A stretch of 64,000 nt of DNA, filler included, from Sphacelaria rigidula (GCA_964200075.2; 6 parts of 6 records of this genome joined end to end with filler, not necessarily neighbours in it); one strand, 5' to 3'. Positions 13,601 to 27,650 are shown, numbered from the whole stretch's first letter. The notes: generated by a model from the letters alone, not told the origin. Translations and numbers: made by a program.

Positions 13601-15039
13601 GTGTTGTGAAGTAGTCGACTGACCTTTCAAGCTCCCAGCAAAAAATACCGTTGCGATTACTGACGGGTTGTCTGCGTGCTTACTGGGCGCTCGAACATGT
13701 TTACCGTCTTGTAGCACAGAATAATTGCTTGTTGAGGCCGGTTGTATCCTGTCATTTCGGGTGTGTTCATGCTGCTACGTGGCGTCCTTGCCGGTCTTGG
13801 TTCTACGTTTCTCTCCATCCTGTTACTTCTTTATTTTGGCTTGAATGATCTCGTCTCCCTCGTCTGCATCGTAGTATTTTGTCGTAGGGTGCCATAATGT
13901 TTGTTGCACAACAGCGCAACACACCCGGATTCCAACATGGAGCTACATGTAATTTTGTGTTGGCAAGTTTGAAACGTCACCAGCACCCGACACATGAACA
14001 ACGAACGGTTTCCCCTCTACACCGCAATGCATTCGTTCATGCAGTACGGTGTAGTACAACACAGCGTTGTAAAAAAGTGGGGGTAATGCCCGGGGCTGTT
14101 CTTTCGGTAACGCCCGAACGAACTGTCACAGAGAGATGAAGACTATCTGGCTTGTACATGAGCGAACTAGGGAGAGCTTGCGCCTTGGCCTGTCAACAGA
14201 GACGACACGCGGAGCAAATAGACGGGTCACAGCGGCAAAACTGTCTGTAACTGAAGCGTTTTCGATTTAAAAAATGACCCCCCCCCCCCCCAATCATGTC
14301 CAACTTCTCTGACTTGAGGCCACACCTCCACAACCCCTTGCAAGAGACGGAACAAGCCATTTCGCTTTATTAGGCCATTGAGACGGTCTGAAGGACGTGT
14401 ATAGGGGGCGACCGCCGATCACCAGCCCACCGGAGGGTGACTCGTTTCCGAACAAAGCTCTACTACAACGCTTGCATCCCTTTCGCTTCAATTCTGACGC
14501 GTTGGCGCGCGTCCCAAATTTGCACCTGAAAAGTCCCAGTGACGAATTCGGGGGCTCTCAACAGTTCGGTGGCTTTTGCAAATATATATTTTCGGCACTT
14601 CTCTTGGAAAATCTCAAAAGTACAGGCGCGCCGGCGTAGCGTTGCAGCTTCATTGTGGTATATTAGTACCTCCCGTAACCGCCGCAACCATGGAATCGAA
14701 TGAACGATAACAGGCGATAAATACGTCACATTTCACATGATGCATAGTCCGGCCAACCTAAATTATTCGTCGCGGTGTATTGTGTGCGTTCCCCTTTCCC
14801 CCCTCCTCCTCGCGCTTGTTCGCTTGCTTTACCTTTCGGTTCCCCCGCGTTTCCCCGCATAAAACGCACGGTTTCTCACCCGTTTTCCCATAACGTTCAC
14901 GACACCCCAACGGCAACGACAACAATCACACGGCCCGGCGTGACAACAGCTTTCAGGAGAGGGTGACGACAAGGCGACGTCGGAGCGACTGTCATCGGCA
15001 TCTGCCGTCTTCCTGGCCCTTTATGAACAACCACACACA

Positions 15040-15075
15040 CCAGTGGGCGGCGGCAGCGGCGGTTGCCGGTTAGGG
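15040..15075 (-). mobile_element. Helitron 3' terminus
   Basis: Minus-strand hairpin cggca...tgccg followed by CACTGG|T, inserted beside a (CA)n tract as at 28339. Confidence 0.5.
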
Positions 15076-16245
15076 GAGCTCTTGAGACAGGTGGGGTGAG
15101 GCAGGAGGTGGAGTTGGGGATGACCGTGGCGATTGTGTGGTGCCTTACGAGAATGAAATCCACTTGAACTCGTAGAACTCACTAGTTTTATGCCTGAATG
15201 GATATCTATTCAGCTATGCAGTGGTTTATCAACCCTTTTATCCGCGGGAGTGGGTTTTTCGGGCCCCGGTTTGTTTCACTAGTGCCCTAGATGTGTGCCC
15301 CCGTTCCTGTGAACGGCATTTGCATTTTGACAGATCTTGACACTTTGATCGCAGCGGGACTCACATTGACTGAACTCGGGAACATTCTGAAAAAAAACTT
15401 TCGTGGCGGGACGCGTGGACACAGGGATACGTGGGGGAATGTCTAGGCGTCACGGCCCGAGAAGAAAACGATGCCCTCTTTCCTTATGCCAATTTTTTGG
15501 CTTTGATATCCTTGCACGTTGTGACCACGGGTTCTACAGATCGGGCTAATGTGACGGATACAGTAATGGCAACGCTCTGTGCACACCATATCCATGTACT
15601 TCAAGTCGAGTAACCTCGGCTCCCCTTGCCCTAGTTCTACAAAAATGTAAGCGAACAAGCGCTCTCCAAATTATTGTCGAGGCCATCCCGGTGCCTTTTG
15701 AGGGAGTGCTCGGCGCTTCTTTGGAGCATTTGTCCGTGGTGCACTGTGAAGGACGTGTGTTCCCTCCTGTACACTTTGCGCAGGACAGTACGAAACAATG
15801 TTTGGGCCGTGCCTCGGCAAATTAATTTTCGAACGAAACGGTGGAAAAGGGGGGCGGGAAAAAAAATCGACCTGATGAGTTATCATTCATGTCGACACCA
15901 TTTGTGTTGAAATTATCACCCATCAGATCGGAATTTGTGAAATGACCAGCTTTCAAATCGTTCTTGATTTTTCCATCGCAGTTTTTTTATCGAAAAATAA
16001 TTTGCAAAGCCACGACCTCACCACCCTGTAATTGACGTCATCAACCCCTTTGATCGTCGAGGGCTGTATCATACATCTGTTGGGTCGGTATCGTTTTCAC
16101 CCGAAAAATGACTATTTTTATAATACCCAGGAGCCCATCGAGGGGATCCAAGGAAACGCTCGGTATTTTGTTCACCGATGGCTTAACATGAACACGTGGA
16201 ACAGTTGAGCCTCTTGTGGCTGTGGACGGCGCAGTCTCCCCCTGA

Positions 16246-16541
16246 CACTGTTTTCGTGAGATTGAGAGTAGAGCGCTGACTGAGAGTGGCTTTGATAATT
16301 CGCTTTAACTTAGCCGATTTCTTTTTCTGTGTGTCCTTTCCTTTGCCTTCATCACTAGCGTGTGCTTACAGCCACACGTCGATATCCTAGTCAGGGATAT
16401 CAAGGGCGTCAGTGGCAAGCTACTGCAGAAAGCATATCGAGCGTCGTGCAGGAGCATTTCGGAACTGAAACGATTTATTCCCTAATTGACCGCTTTTCAC
16501 TCTCAATAATATACTCTACTATCAATGTCACGAAAACATTG
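16246..16541. mobile_element. MITE of about 295 bp, TIR tgttttcgtgagattgagagtagag
   Basis: Inverted termini. Homologous copies at 29028-29317, 36173-36470 and 53496-53673 (partial). Confidence 0.85.
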
Positions 16542-18646
16542 TTCCCTGCCGATGTGCACCTAACGACCTAACGATATTGAGTACTCTACCTCATCGAGCA
16601 AAGCGGGGTAGGGCGCTGACAGCCCCACAATGGGCTCCTCCCCCGTGTATGTTCGTAGTAACCCAACTGTTGGATATTTTGAGCTGGTTTTTCCTGTACG
16701 TGGCCCGAAAGAGAAAAATAGGGGCGTAAGTAGCTTCATCTGCGGTTGGCGCTCAATGTGAGGCGGAAGTTGAGTAAGGAAGGGCGAAGTTGAGAAGAAA
16801 TGGCGAAGTTGAGTAAGGGTGGGAAGATCGATCGCATAGGGGAACTGAACAGGACCAGACGAAATTCGGAGATTGAGGTTGGGACACGAGTTTCAGTGCA
16901 GCGACTCGACTTTGTGATGATACAAAAGCAGGAAGCTAGTGTACAGACAAGAGCAGACTCGAACAGGCCCCGCCTATAAGTTGTCGGGAGCATATAATTG
17001 TTACGAAATAGGAGTATATTCCACATTCACGAGAGGAGCGACGCGTCAATGTTTCTCGACAACCTCGTGCTGGCATGAGTAATATCGTGCGCTATGTAGA
17101 TACGCGGTTACTCCGCTTGTATCTTGTACTCCATCACTGCTCCTCAAGCATGCTCATCCCCCCTTCCAATAATGTTCACATAATGCACACACTTGTTGAC
17201 CTACCGTACTTTTGGTGCAGCTACTGTTCCGAGACGACGCTCGCAGTCAAGGGGTTAAGATCAATGTTACGGCATTCCAAGAGAGGATGTCGGGGTGGGT
17301 TTGCAGACATGATGATCGTTGATCGTTGTGACAGCGGAGCCTCATTTCGGAACAGGGGTTTGTTACAGCCGCGTCTCCTTGCTCGTGGTGCTCTCCCACC
17401 GCGAGCGTAGTAGGGTAGGGTACGAGTGATTTTCTGTGCGATTTTTATTCGATCCACTAGTATTGACTACCAGGGGGGGGGATAGGGAGGCAGGTGGTGA
17501 CGACTGTGCAAAGAGAGGCCCTCCCTTGCCTGAATAGCCTGGTGGTCGCTACACGTGAATTGAATAATGGTCGCACATTATCTGATCCCCTATAATAGGT
17601 ATCCAGGCAAAGGTTACAAGATTGACATATCCAAGTTGGACAAGACGGAAAGATTCGCTGCGGAAACCGTGAGAAGAGTAGGGCAGACGACTAGATTGAT
17701 TGATTTGATTGGTTATCGCACTTTAACTGACCCCCCAGGGATCCAGCTCGTGGTGACATGATGGGCGTACCCAAAAATCCACAAGACTGAAAACACTCGC
17801 TGAAGAGAAAGAAGGAACAGAGAAAGTCGGAGAGAACGACATAGTAGACTAAGACGTGAACAAAAGGAGGAAATAAAAAGTCAACAAAAGCAAAATGCAA
17901 AAAGCATTTGCCGACTAAAACCAAAAAGGAAACAGAAGAGGGGAAAGAAGACGGGAAAAGCACGAAGAGTGTGGTAAACTGCGGCTTGGCCGCGAGATGA
18001 TTACCAACTGGCTGCTGTATGCTCGTGCAGGAGCATTATCCTCGTTTTGGTTGGTGCATAATCACTCCACTTGCGTGCACCGTAGGCTTGACTGCTTTAC
18101 TCAAACTATTGTTCTCAGTATGCCATGTTGTACAGCACATGACCACTTTTCGTCGTTTTCTTGTGTATCGTACCACCTATATCGTGGTTCTCTAAATCGT
18201 GTGCGGCCACCCACACTATCTCGGACGCACTCCCACCGATGCAGATATCGCAGATGCATCCCATCAACGCACGTAGAGGACGTGTACGCGCTACCGACGC
18301 TCCTAGCGTAGATATATGCTCTAACCAACGCACCTAGCCGAAATGTACACCGTACATACACACATAGCAGGAACCTACTCCCTTTTAAGCAGTATCCTAT
18401 ATGTCCACCCTACCAACGCACTCCGAAGACCTATGCTGTGAGTTCAGAGTCAAAGCTACCGGGAGTGTTTGGGTCAGGGTAAGAGTCACTGTCAGCTCCT
18501 TGTTGCCCATACTTGTTGGTGTACATTGACAAATGAGGTGGCGTAAGGAGTACAGTATAATGGTTGAGATGAATTAACGAAGGTGCCTCGGCGTGCACTG
18601 TATTTTCATCGGACTTATGTCAACTCTCTCTAAGATGTAGAGGACC

Positions 18647-18734
18647 TTAACCCTTAAACCGCGGTCCGGGTAGTCCACAGGTGAAAATTGGTGCCGATTC
18701 AGCAGGTGACCTACCCTCGCGGTCTAGGGGTTAA
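18647..18734. mobile_element. 80-bp piggyBac-like MITE
   Basis: TTAA|cccttaaaccgcg...cgcggtctagggg|TTAA. Confidence 0.8.
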
Positions 18735-21539
18735 CTGGTGCTTGTTTCCCGTCTTGGTGCAAGCCTAGACCGACAGGGGGGCAACGTAAACAAAATCGCT
18801 GGCAAGATCTGCCCTGCCTCCGCGCGGATTTCATATCACTTCCCTCTAGAATCGTCATCAGAAAGTAGTGATCACCGCAGCATCGTGCATAAAAATGCTT
18901 TCGAGCTTTGGAGCATACAGAATGCCCCGAGTCGCCGAAACTGCTTCGTCAGCACCCGCCTGCGGCTTCAAGCCGCACGTACGTCAAGTGTAAGCGCCAT
19001 CAGACCCCAGGTGTGCTGTATTCGGGCGGCTAATCTCCACCAATACCGCCTCCATGTTATTGAAAAGGAACAACAGTGTATATCCATGTTACTACCCGCT
19101 GCCTCACTCGTGATCGTTGGGGTGCGGATCAGACCCCGCTTCATCCCCGCGATCGAGACCCGTCACAGGAACGTATCGGTGCTTGCTCCGTCAGCTGTCG
19201 TGATGTGTACATGGCCAACCGAGTTTTCCAAACGGTAGGCAACTATGGTTGGGGTCAGAATCATGTGGTTAAACAATTACTCCATAATAGTATAAACACA
19301 CAGTACCAACCATAGTTTCCATCATTCGGTAAACAGCCCTCTTGGCGGCTGCGGAAGCGGGTACCTAAATCCGGAGATGAATTTTCAAGTATAGAAGACT
19401 TGCACCGCCGACACCACGTAGACCTCCCGCCAAATATGCCACGCCGTTTATGTATTCAGCAACAGCTTTGTGCTTATGAAATGACATGTTCCGTATTCGT
19501 GAATACGTACAGAACAGTGTAGTTAGTACATGGGACCTTTGTTGGCGCGATGAGCGCTGCAGTCCCTCAGGGCGTGTCTTGACGCATCATTTTTCGATCG
19601 AAACAGGGCAGTGGAAAACAAAAATTCCGATCTGATGGGTCGTAATTTCAACCATTTTTAGAATAAAGGACGATGGATAAAAGCACGACCTGTCATATCG
19701 GAGTTTACCTTTTCCACCGCAAATTTTTGATCGAAAAATAATGGGCGAAGACACGCCCTCATCCCTTGGAAAGTAATTCCTGTCCTAGCCGGCGGCAACG
19801 TGCCGTTTAACGTGGCGTCGGCAGAATAACTATGGTGCACGTTACATACATGACAACAGCCTTTTTTGCCACTCTTTGTTATCTTGAGGTTTGTTTCACC
19901 ACGTGGTAGGGTGAGGAACTTTTCCAGCAATAAATGATTTTGAATAGCTTCAACTATAACCCTAAACCTCACCCCAAAAAAGGCATACCGAGAATCATCG
20001 GGCAAGGGCGTTGCAAATTGCTCCCTGGGCACAGTGTGCGTTGCCAGACCTCAAATCGCCGCCGCAGGCGCCGCTTTAGACAGGAACGCGTCCGCGCACG
20101 CTTGGAACACAGCCCCCACTAAAGGTTCGAATTTCGGTGTTCACACTAGAACCAAGTGGGTCAACGTGAAGCCACCAAGTGGTGAACACCACCGGTTGTC
20201 CTTCCACTGACGGCAACAATTCGGGATTCCTTCGAGAACTCCGGCTAATTGGCGGCCAACTGACAGCTAGCTCATAGCTTATAACGTTACAGCTCTCTGA
20301 CAATCAGGATGGGCCATCTATTGAATCGGCATCTTTTCCCCGCGAAAAGTGAATGCCTGACCCAGGTGACCGTTTGACTGCGATGTCCTACTGATTGTTC
20401 AGTACTGTACTAACGTCGTTTTTGAGTCTGTATGTCAATGCAAACGAATGTTTTCAGCAGAAATATCCCAAAATATTTGTATAATACGAGTAGAGGTATC
20501 TCAGACTCGGTTCCCTGCTTCCTGGTTTGTTTTGTTCAATTTATTTAAGTGAAAGCGATTCACCAGAAGATGAAACCCTTTGACCGCCAGGTCAGGTCCT
20601 CGTATGGATCGCCATCACTTTCACTTGAAAAAAAATAGTGCAAAACACACAGCCGCGAATAAACCAGGAAACCAGGAACCGAGTTGGAGATAGCACTAAT
20701 AGGGGAGGAATAATTGATGACCCGTTGACAACAATGCGAGGAGTTTGGAATATTTCCGTCAGACGAGTGCTTTACAAAAATCAGTCGTGGTACCCAAAAT
20801 TCAGTACACTAAATTGGATTTAATGGTGAAAATGAATGAATGTTGGACATGAATCCTCTGACCGCAAGGGGGGGTCATCTTGTCATGCAGTCTTTTTTCA
20901 AGTGAGCTGATTCAGGTCAAACATTTGACCCCATGCTCGCGGTCAAGGGGTCAATTGGATCCAGCTTCCAGTTCAGTTTTTTCCTGTGTCAACGAATTCG
21001 TCGCAATCCGCGTACGTTTCTCTACTGAGCCCAAAATATCTGACATTCAGCCTCGACTCCTACACTGCAGATCCCGCTGCGCTCCGATCCTTCATCACAA
21101 AGCGACACTGCAGTCAAGATTCTGGAGAACTTCGCCGCCGAACGGTCAACTTGTTGAAAGTCGCTTGTTCGGTCGTGTAAAAACATTGAGGCAAAGAAAT
21201 CGCGATCGAAGAAATCGGTTTGATATCACGCCCCATGATCCGTCCCTGCGCCCCCCCCCCCCACCCCCCCCCACCCACACCAAGACCACGAAAGAAAANN
21301 NNNNNNNNNNNNNNNNNNNNNNNNNNNNNNNNNNNNNNNNNNTTAATTAATTAANNNNNNNNNNNNNNNNNNNNNNNNNNNNNNNNNNNNNNNNNNNNTC
21401 ACCTCCACAGGTTACTTCTTCCGAATAAGAGCTTGTCCTCGGTACTTCTGCTACAAACAATTCGCAAGTCGGGTTGCCCACTTCGGCCTCAATTCAGAGT
21501 TAAATCTCAATTCGCACAATCTGCTGTTTATTCATGACT

Positions 21540-23500
21540 ACTTGTACTTGATCAGCCAGCAGCGGTATCGTGCGATACGGGCGTGTGGCGATGGGGGGCG
21601 TTCCTCATGGCACGTTGATCGTAAACGAGGCCATTTTGCATCGACCCAAATCTAGAGGTGAGGTGGAAAATCGCGCGGCATAGCGAATCAGAACATTTAC
21701 AGGTTGGTCGATGATCGCTGCAGTCCAACCGCCACCGTCGAGATTCAAGGTGATGTGGCAAAGGTGTGGTGGAACGTCATTTGATATTCGCAAAAACTCG
21801 CTCGCTGCTCAGGCTGAAAAGAATTCAACAGTTTTTGAGGAATGTCGGTTTGCGCGTCGTCATCCGAGGCGGTCACAACCATTTCATCAGCTGAAACTGG
21901 TGCTTACAACCAGCATTTGCTCGACCTCAGTTGGGGAAGTAGTACTAATGCGGGGACGTATGTCAGACAGAGGTGTACGTGAAGCGGAGCCGAAGCGTAC
22001 CCCAACAACTGGTTGGGCTCTAAATCAATGCGGAGACGTCAGAAACATTAGCTAGCGTCCGTCCTTCACAAATACACATTCCTGTCCAAACATATGCATT
22101 TGTCGGAAAACGCAACCAGCTATTATCTGCCCAACAAAACATGGAATACCATGGCATTGTGTGGAACATTTAGAATCCCGACAGAAGGTTGTGCCACGGG
22201 ATGCGTATCATTGAAGAACTGAACAGTCAATCGCACTGTCAGGGCGGTACTCAAAGGTAGAACCTGATCCGAAGTCACCGAAGGTGCGGGGGGGGGCAGC
22301 GCGCAGACATTTGTCATCTGCCACGCCGGTGCGGAGTATTCTGCCAGCAACTGGCGGTGAGAAAGGTCTGAGGGGAGCCCGAGTGCGGTAACGCCAGCGC
22401 CATAAGCTGACGGCGCGCACAAGATCCACCATGAAGTCCAACTCTAGTTGTAAAAGACGCATCGTCCAAGGTGACAACGCTACTCGTACGATCCGGGCCG
22501 ATTTCTGACAACGATTCGACATGTGTTCGCTGTACCTCCTACTCTATAGTATTGAGACATACACTGGGGTGGTCTTGTGGGGCCTGGGGATGTGTGCACC
22601 GGTCTTGGGTGTTCTCCAATGTTAGGACATCAGGGCTACGTATCTCGTAAACCGCTATGGGCGTGCGACTATCAGGAGTGGCCGTCGCGGTGGAAGCGGG
22701 GCCGGCTGTGATGTCGGCAGGGGGGGGCATGCACTACCGGCTCGGTAGTGGATGTCCCAAATGCGAAGTCGGCAGAAATTACGACCCTGCACTGCCATGT
22801 GTCTGCCGAATCATCTTCAAGAGTGGACAAAGGGGTCGACGCGTTTTCGTCATCGGGCGTGGTTGCGGTGACTTCATCAGCGGAACTTACGTCCGATACA
22901 TCAGCACATGCATTGGAAATAGACATGGTCTCTACGGAGTTTTTGGGAGACACGTTGTCGGGGGCCAACATTGTAAACATAGGGGACGAATCGTCAGTTA
23001 CCCGTGTGAGGCTGTCGTGGTGTGAGGTCGCTAGTGGCGGATCCGCACGTGAACGCGGCAACGAACCGACAGTAGGTAGGGTAGACTCGTGGCTCAACAC
23101 GTCCCGCCTCGACCTCTTTGTTGGTGCTGGCTCAGGGGCAAGGGGGGGAGGCAGAGGGCGGTAGCGGCACATCCTATACCTGAGGCGTACCGTCATGACC
23201 TGGCGCTGTTGGGAGGTTCTCGAGAGTGGTCCATGACGGTGTCAGCTCGTGGCTTACCGACCGGTTCACTACGGGGGGTCCATCTCCAACCCGTGGAGCA
23301 ACGGAAAGTGCCGATTCCTGTGGTCATGATCCACAGTGGAATAACTATGTTCGACTAAAAAGGGGTCCGACGCCCTGTGGACGCCTGGGCTAACATGTAC
23401 CCTACGGTGGATTGCCGTAGGGGCAGCACACAACAACCGCGAGATAGCTTCTCCCTCGGCATGTGGATACCTGCAGAAGACGTGGCCTCTCACCCCGGTG
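21540..23500 (-). mobile_element. Ty3/Gypsy LTR retrotransposon remnant (gag-like region, aspartic protease, pre-RT linker)
   Basis: ALPHSGSPQTFL at 22359-22400 (degenerate protease active site), VFHVLLGR at 22123-22150, DLGRCKMASFTINVP*GTPPIATRPYRT at 21560-21660. The upstream boundary is approximate. Confidence 0.8.
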
Positions 23501-25290
23501 GACGGGGAGGAGTTTGCTGCTATGAGTTCGTACTATGAAGTGTTACACTAGAGCGATCAATTCCAATGACGGGACAACACAATTCTTCACCGTGAGAGCT
23601 ACATCCACGCATGGGTTCGCGGGATCTCGCCTGAATGGGATCCTCGACCCAGGACTGATCGGACCCGTTGTACCCACACCACAAGCCTGAGCTAGCGCGG
23701 GCCGACGTCAACTCGGTTTTGAGGTGTGGGGCTGCTGGCCGCGTCACAGGTACGTTTTGGTGTGTGGTCGGCAGCTGTGGTTGGCTTGAGTTCATTCTCG
23801 TGAAACGATTGATCACCGGAGGCTGACACTGCCTTGAGCCACAGCTCGAGACGCCTTCCCCACATGATCGCCGCAAGGCGGTCTAGCCGAGCCTTCGAGT
23901 AATCGGCACACGAACTCGCTCGCGATCGTTGCGATCGCCAGCGGGGTAAGTGTTGGGTTGGGTTTCCTCCTTCCATCAAGAAAAAAAACAAAAAACGGAG
24001 GCTGAGGGGAAAGTTCCTTCAGTTTGTGTGATTTTGTTTTTGTCGTGTATCAAACACCGGGCCTGCTATCAAGTACGGAGACAAACGCCGTAATTTGGGG
24101 TGTAGCCGTGAAAGCATGCGACCGCCATTTTGTACTCCGGACAGGTTTAGTGAAAATTGTCGGGTGGTACACGGGGTTGTCAGAAGAGCGTTTTTGGTGG
24201 TGGCCAGCGCGCGAAGTACTGGGCTGGCTACGGTGATACTTGATCCAGTCTGGTGTGTATAGGAGCACGTACTGCTGGTAAGGGCGTTTGAAACCTTGGC
24301 AAAACAACCTGTGTGGCCCTCACTTAGGATAGGCATCGCGGTGCAAGTTCATCGGTGCCAATTCTTTGATGGTCTCGATTTTGAAATACCGTAGTGGTTG
24401 TTCAAAAAACAATATCACTGCATTACTCACATGCGTTGGAGGAATGTTTGTCACGCTCGGCGGAAGTTCAATACAGTTCGAGCGGTATGTTGAGAAGTGT
24501 ATGCAATACATGCCTTGACAGACAGCTTCTAGTTCTTTGGGTAACAACCCGAAATTGAAAAACAACTGTCCTTACGCTGCATAGGTGCAGAGTCCTGATG
24601 CAAGCGGCTATCCGACGCGTTCGGTTCGGATAGTGTTCGTGCGCATGATGGTTTTAGTCAGTACCGAGCTTCCCATACTTCACCAGCGCCTCCTTTCGAA
24701 TTTGCGCTCACACCACGAAAGTGGGAGCGCTGGACATCCATATGCTGGTGTACTGTATGTGGGAACCGAGAGACTTCTAGCCAAAGAGCCGGTGGCTCGA
24801 ACATGGTATGGATCCAAGCACCACAACTTGTATGCGCTGCTGGAAATCGCAATTCTCGATTGGGATGAAGATGGTTGATGGACACACTACTCAACACACG
24901 TGGCTTCACATCCCCAGCAGGCTGGGCTGGGTGAAGGATGCTCCAAGGTGTACTGGTATCCAAAATCCACATGGAAAAAAACCACACACCCGGGAGACGG
25001 GGCGCACGCCTGCGGGGTCAATATAGTGTTGCAGCTGAACGGCTGTGTGTGTGGAACATTTCTTGTGAGGTGGAACCAGACGGAATTGACCCGCAAGCTT
25101 CGGCCGGCACCTGAAATGTTGCCCTGTTCGGTAGAGTCTAGAGTTATATGGCTTCAGCACTCACTGCTCAGCCAAAAACGTAGAAGACAATCTCGCACTG
25201 CGTCCGCTGTCGAAGATGACGTCACAGAAGCAGAAGTGTATAGTTGTATTTCATTGTCTCATTCATATCAGACCGCTCATGGGTAGGAAA

Positions 25291-25291
<1 letters not shown>

Positions 25292-25330
<39 letters not shown>

Positions 25331-25343
25331 CACACACACACAC
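25292..25343. repeat. (CA)n microsatellite
   Basis: Directly visible. Confidence 0.95.
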
Positions 25344-27361
25344 TGAACACGGTAGGGCGAGAGATGCGGAGGTGCATCGTCGTCGACTCCTTCTCGAGCC
25401 ACGGCAAATATCTCCTGTTTCATGTCGCAGAAACGTACGGTATACCAAAAGATAACTCCCCGTCGTTTCCGGATCATTCGAGAACAAAAGTGAGAACAAC
25501 GAACACTTTCAAGAACATTCCGAGAATCGATCCGAACCGTCGTTCTAGAGTACCATTCCTGGAAATCATCAGTACCGTTTCCCATCGGTTAACCGCCACG
25601 TTCTCCTCCGATAGTCTCGTCAGAGTATCCTGGATCTTACATTTACCATGATGAGTGAAATCACACGATTAACATGCCCCAACACGAGGGTTGCGCGGGA
25701 AAACGTGACGCGTGGTACTCAACCGGAAGCGCTGTGCTCGTGTGATGAACAGGAAAAAAGAAAGGAGGGGACCAAACACCGTGTAGTGCTACAAACCACT
25801 TGCGATGGAAGCATTTGTCCATCGGTGGTAGTCCGTTCGGAGACGGTGTTGCTACTGTAGTACTCGTGTACTATATAGTGCCGAGTAACCCTATCAATCG
25901 CTGATGCCCCGTATCGAAACGTTTTGACTACCAGCTGTGGGTCGGTTACGGTAGATTCGTAGCCTAGAACACGTGTATATATTCGAGAAGATGGGGCACT
26001 CGACTGCAGTCGTGCCACGTGCCTGCGACAACGCAAATCAAGCACTCCGGCGGAAAAGAAGGTATCGAGTGCATGGGAGGCAGACACGCCTATCGCTGTA
26101 CTGTACAGCTCGCGGTGCGGAGTAGTGGACCGTATCGGAACTATGACGACAATGCACTGTGACTCCAACACGACTCCAACTTACTGTACTGCAGTGCAGG
26201 GTGGTTCAAAACAAGAAAAACAAAAACACTTTTCCGTTCGTGCACGAAGTGCAGTGTTCCAAGTTACCCTGCGCACTACAGTAAATTCAGCGAGAGTTCA
26301 GTACTGAAGAGTACATGGAACCGAAGCAATCGTAACCACAACGCCGGTGTTTCGGCCAGGATGTTGGTTTGATCACCATCGCTGGCATGGACTATTAAAA
26401 CTAGCAGGCCATACTGAAGAGGTCACTCGCAAATACCGGTAGATCCACCAGTAGACGGAACTTGGTGACAGCGATGCCGGAAAGCAAAGTTTCCAACGCT
26501 GCCACAAAAAAACAAAACGAAATATATACCCGGCACAGGGTATCCTCCATGGGAGCAACGCATCTGCCGATCAAATGCTACATCATGCGTGGGCACATGG
26601 AAATAAAATACACTGTACTGTCCGGTTGACACATACAATTTGACGTCAGAACTGCGGGAGGGAACATTTTGGTATGTCTGTACTCCTGTACGGTGAAGGG
26701 TAGCTGTACTCGCAAAGGGCATGCACTAGACACCAGACGAAGGTGTGTTATGCATCACTTTTGGCTGATCGTTTGTCGACCCACCACCCCATGACACAAC
26801 ACAACAGTGTACACATATAACGGAAACGTATCGCTCAAAGACGTGCACACATGGATATCAGGATCAACTGTGTGTAGTTACTCCGCATGTCCTCATGAAA
26901 GAGTGTAGGGACGGACCAAAAGGACTACTGTACAAGTCCGATACATATATATATTGTATATATAGAATATTTCGAAGTCACGAGCGTGAAGCATACTTTG
27001 TAACGAGGCGTCCATGAGATCTAATGCTGATTTTAGTGTACAACTTCCTCCGCACCCGCCCCGGAAGATGACTGTTCGGGCCAATGCCACTGCTATAGGG
27101 GTCCGGTTCGCGGATTCGTGCTACAACTTGTTCAGGGCTACACAAGCGTTTGCGACCATTCGAACGGACGCATGATCACGGTGGTCCTGCAATGTTTCTG
27201 GCGATTTATACCGGAATGAGTGTGCAATGTCCGCACCCGCCCGCACCCAAGCTTCCCACAATGTATGTATATTGGGATTATAATGATGGTATATCTAAAG
27301 TTTAGCATATATATTTAAATGAAGTAAAATCTGGCCTCCCGGCCCCACGATGTGCGTCTGT

Positions 27362-27650
27362 ACCCTGTAGCTGGCAAGTGAAATGTTGGTGTCTAAGACG
27401 TCGGCACGGGTTCGAACTTCGTGTTGGCTACTTGTTTTTGCTCGTAGGGCGTGAGTAAAACTCTGTTCCTTCACACCGGGAGTCCTGAGTATGTGAGTGT
27501 ATTCTGTAGGCGAAATTTTACGTTATAGATGTGCAAGATGTCGGTATTGGTTCGAACCCTGTGTCGGCCACAGGTTTTTTGCTCGTAATGCGTAAGTGGG
27601 ACACTGTTTCTTCACACCGGGAGTCGAGTTCGAGTCCTGGGTTGGGGTTT
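27362..27650 (+). pseudogene. Tandem array of degenerate tRNA-like units (Leu-like plus Val-CAC-like, duplicated with about 140-bp period)
   Basis: Three GTTCGA B-boxes, two tt-CAC-ac loops and T-runs between units. 27395-27484 is homologous to 27535-27625. Confidence 0.55.

Noticed and set aside
22208-22522. Gypsy RNase H reading (LWRWR...GVADD)
   Set aside because: It lies upstream of the pre-RT linker, and alternative frames give clear protease motifs.
24020-25290. Coding-like stretch with WWWPA (PWWP/Tudor-like) next to the Gypsy remnant
   Set aside because: It has many stops and no second supporting motif.
27362-27650. Functional tRNA genes
   Set aside because: Acceptor and D stems cannot be paired convincingly. 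Treated as tRNA-derived relics.
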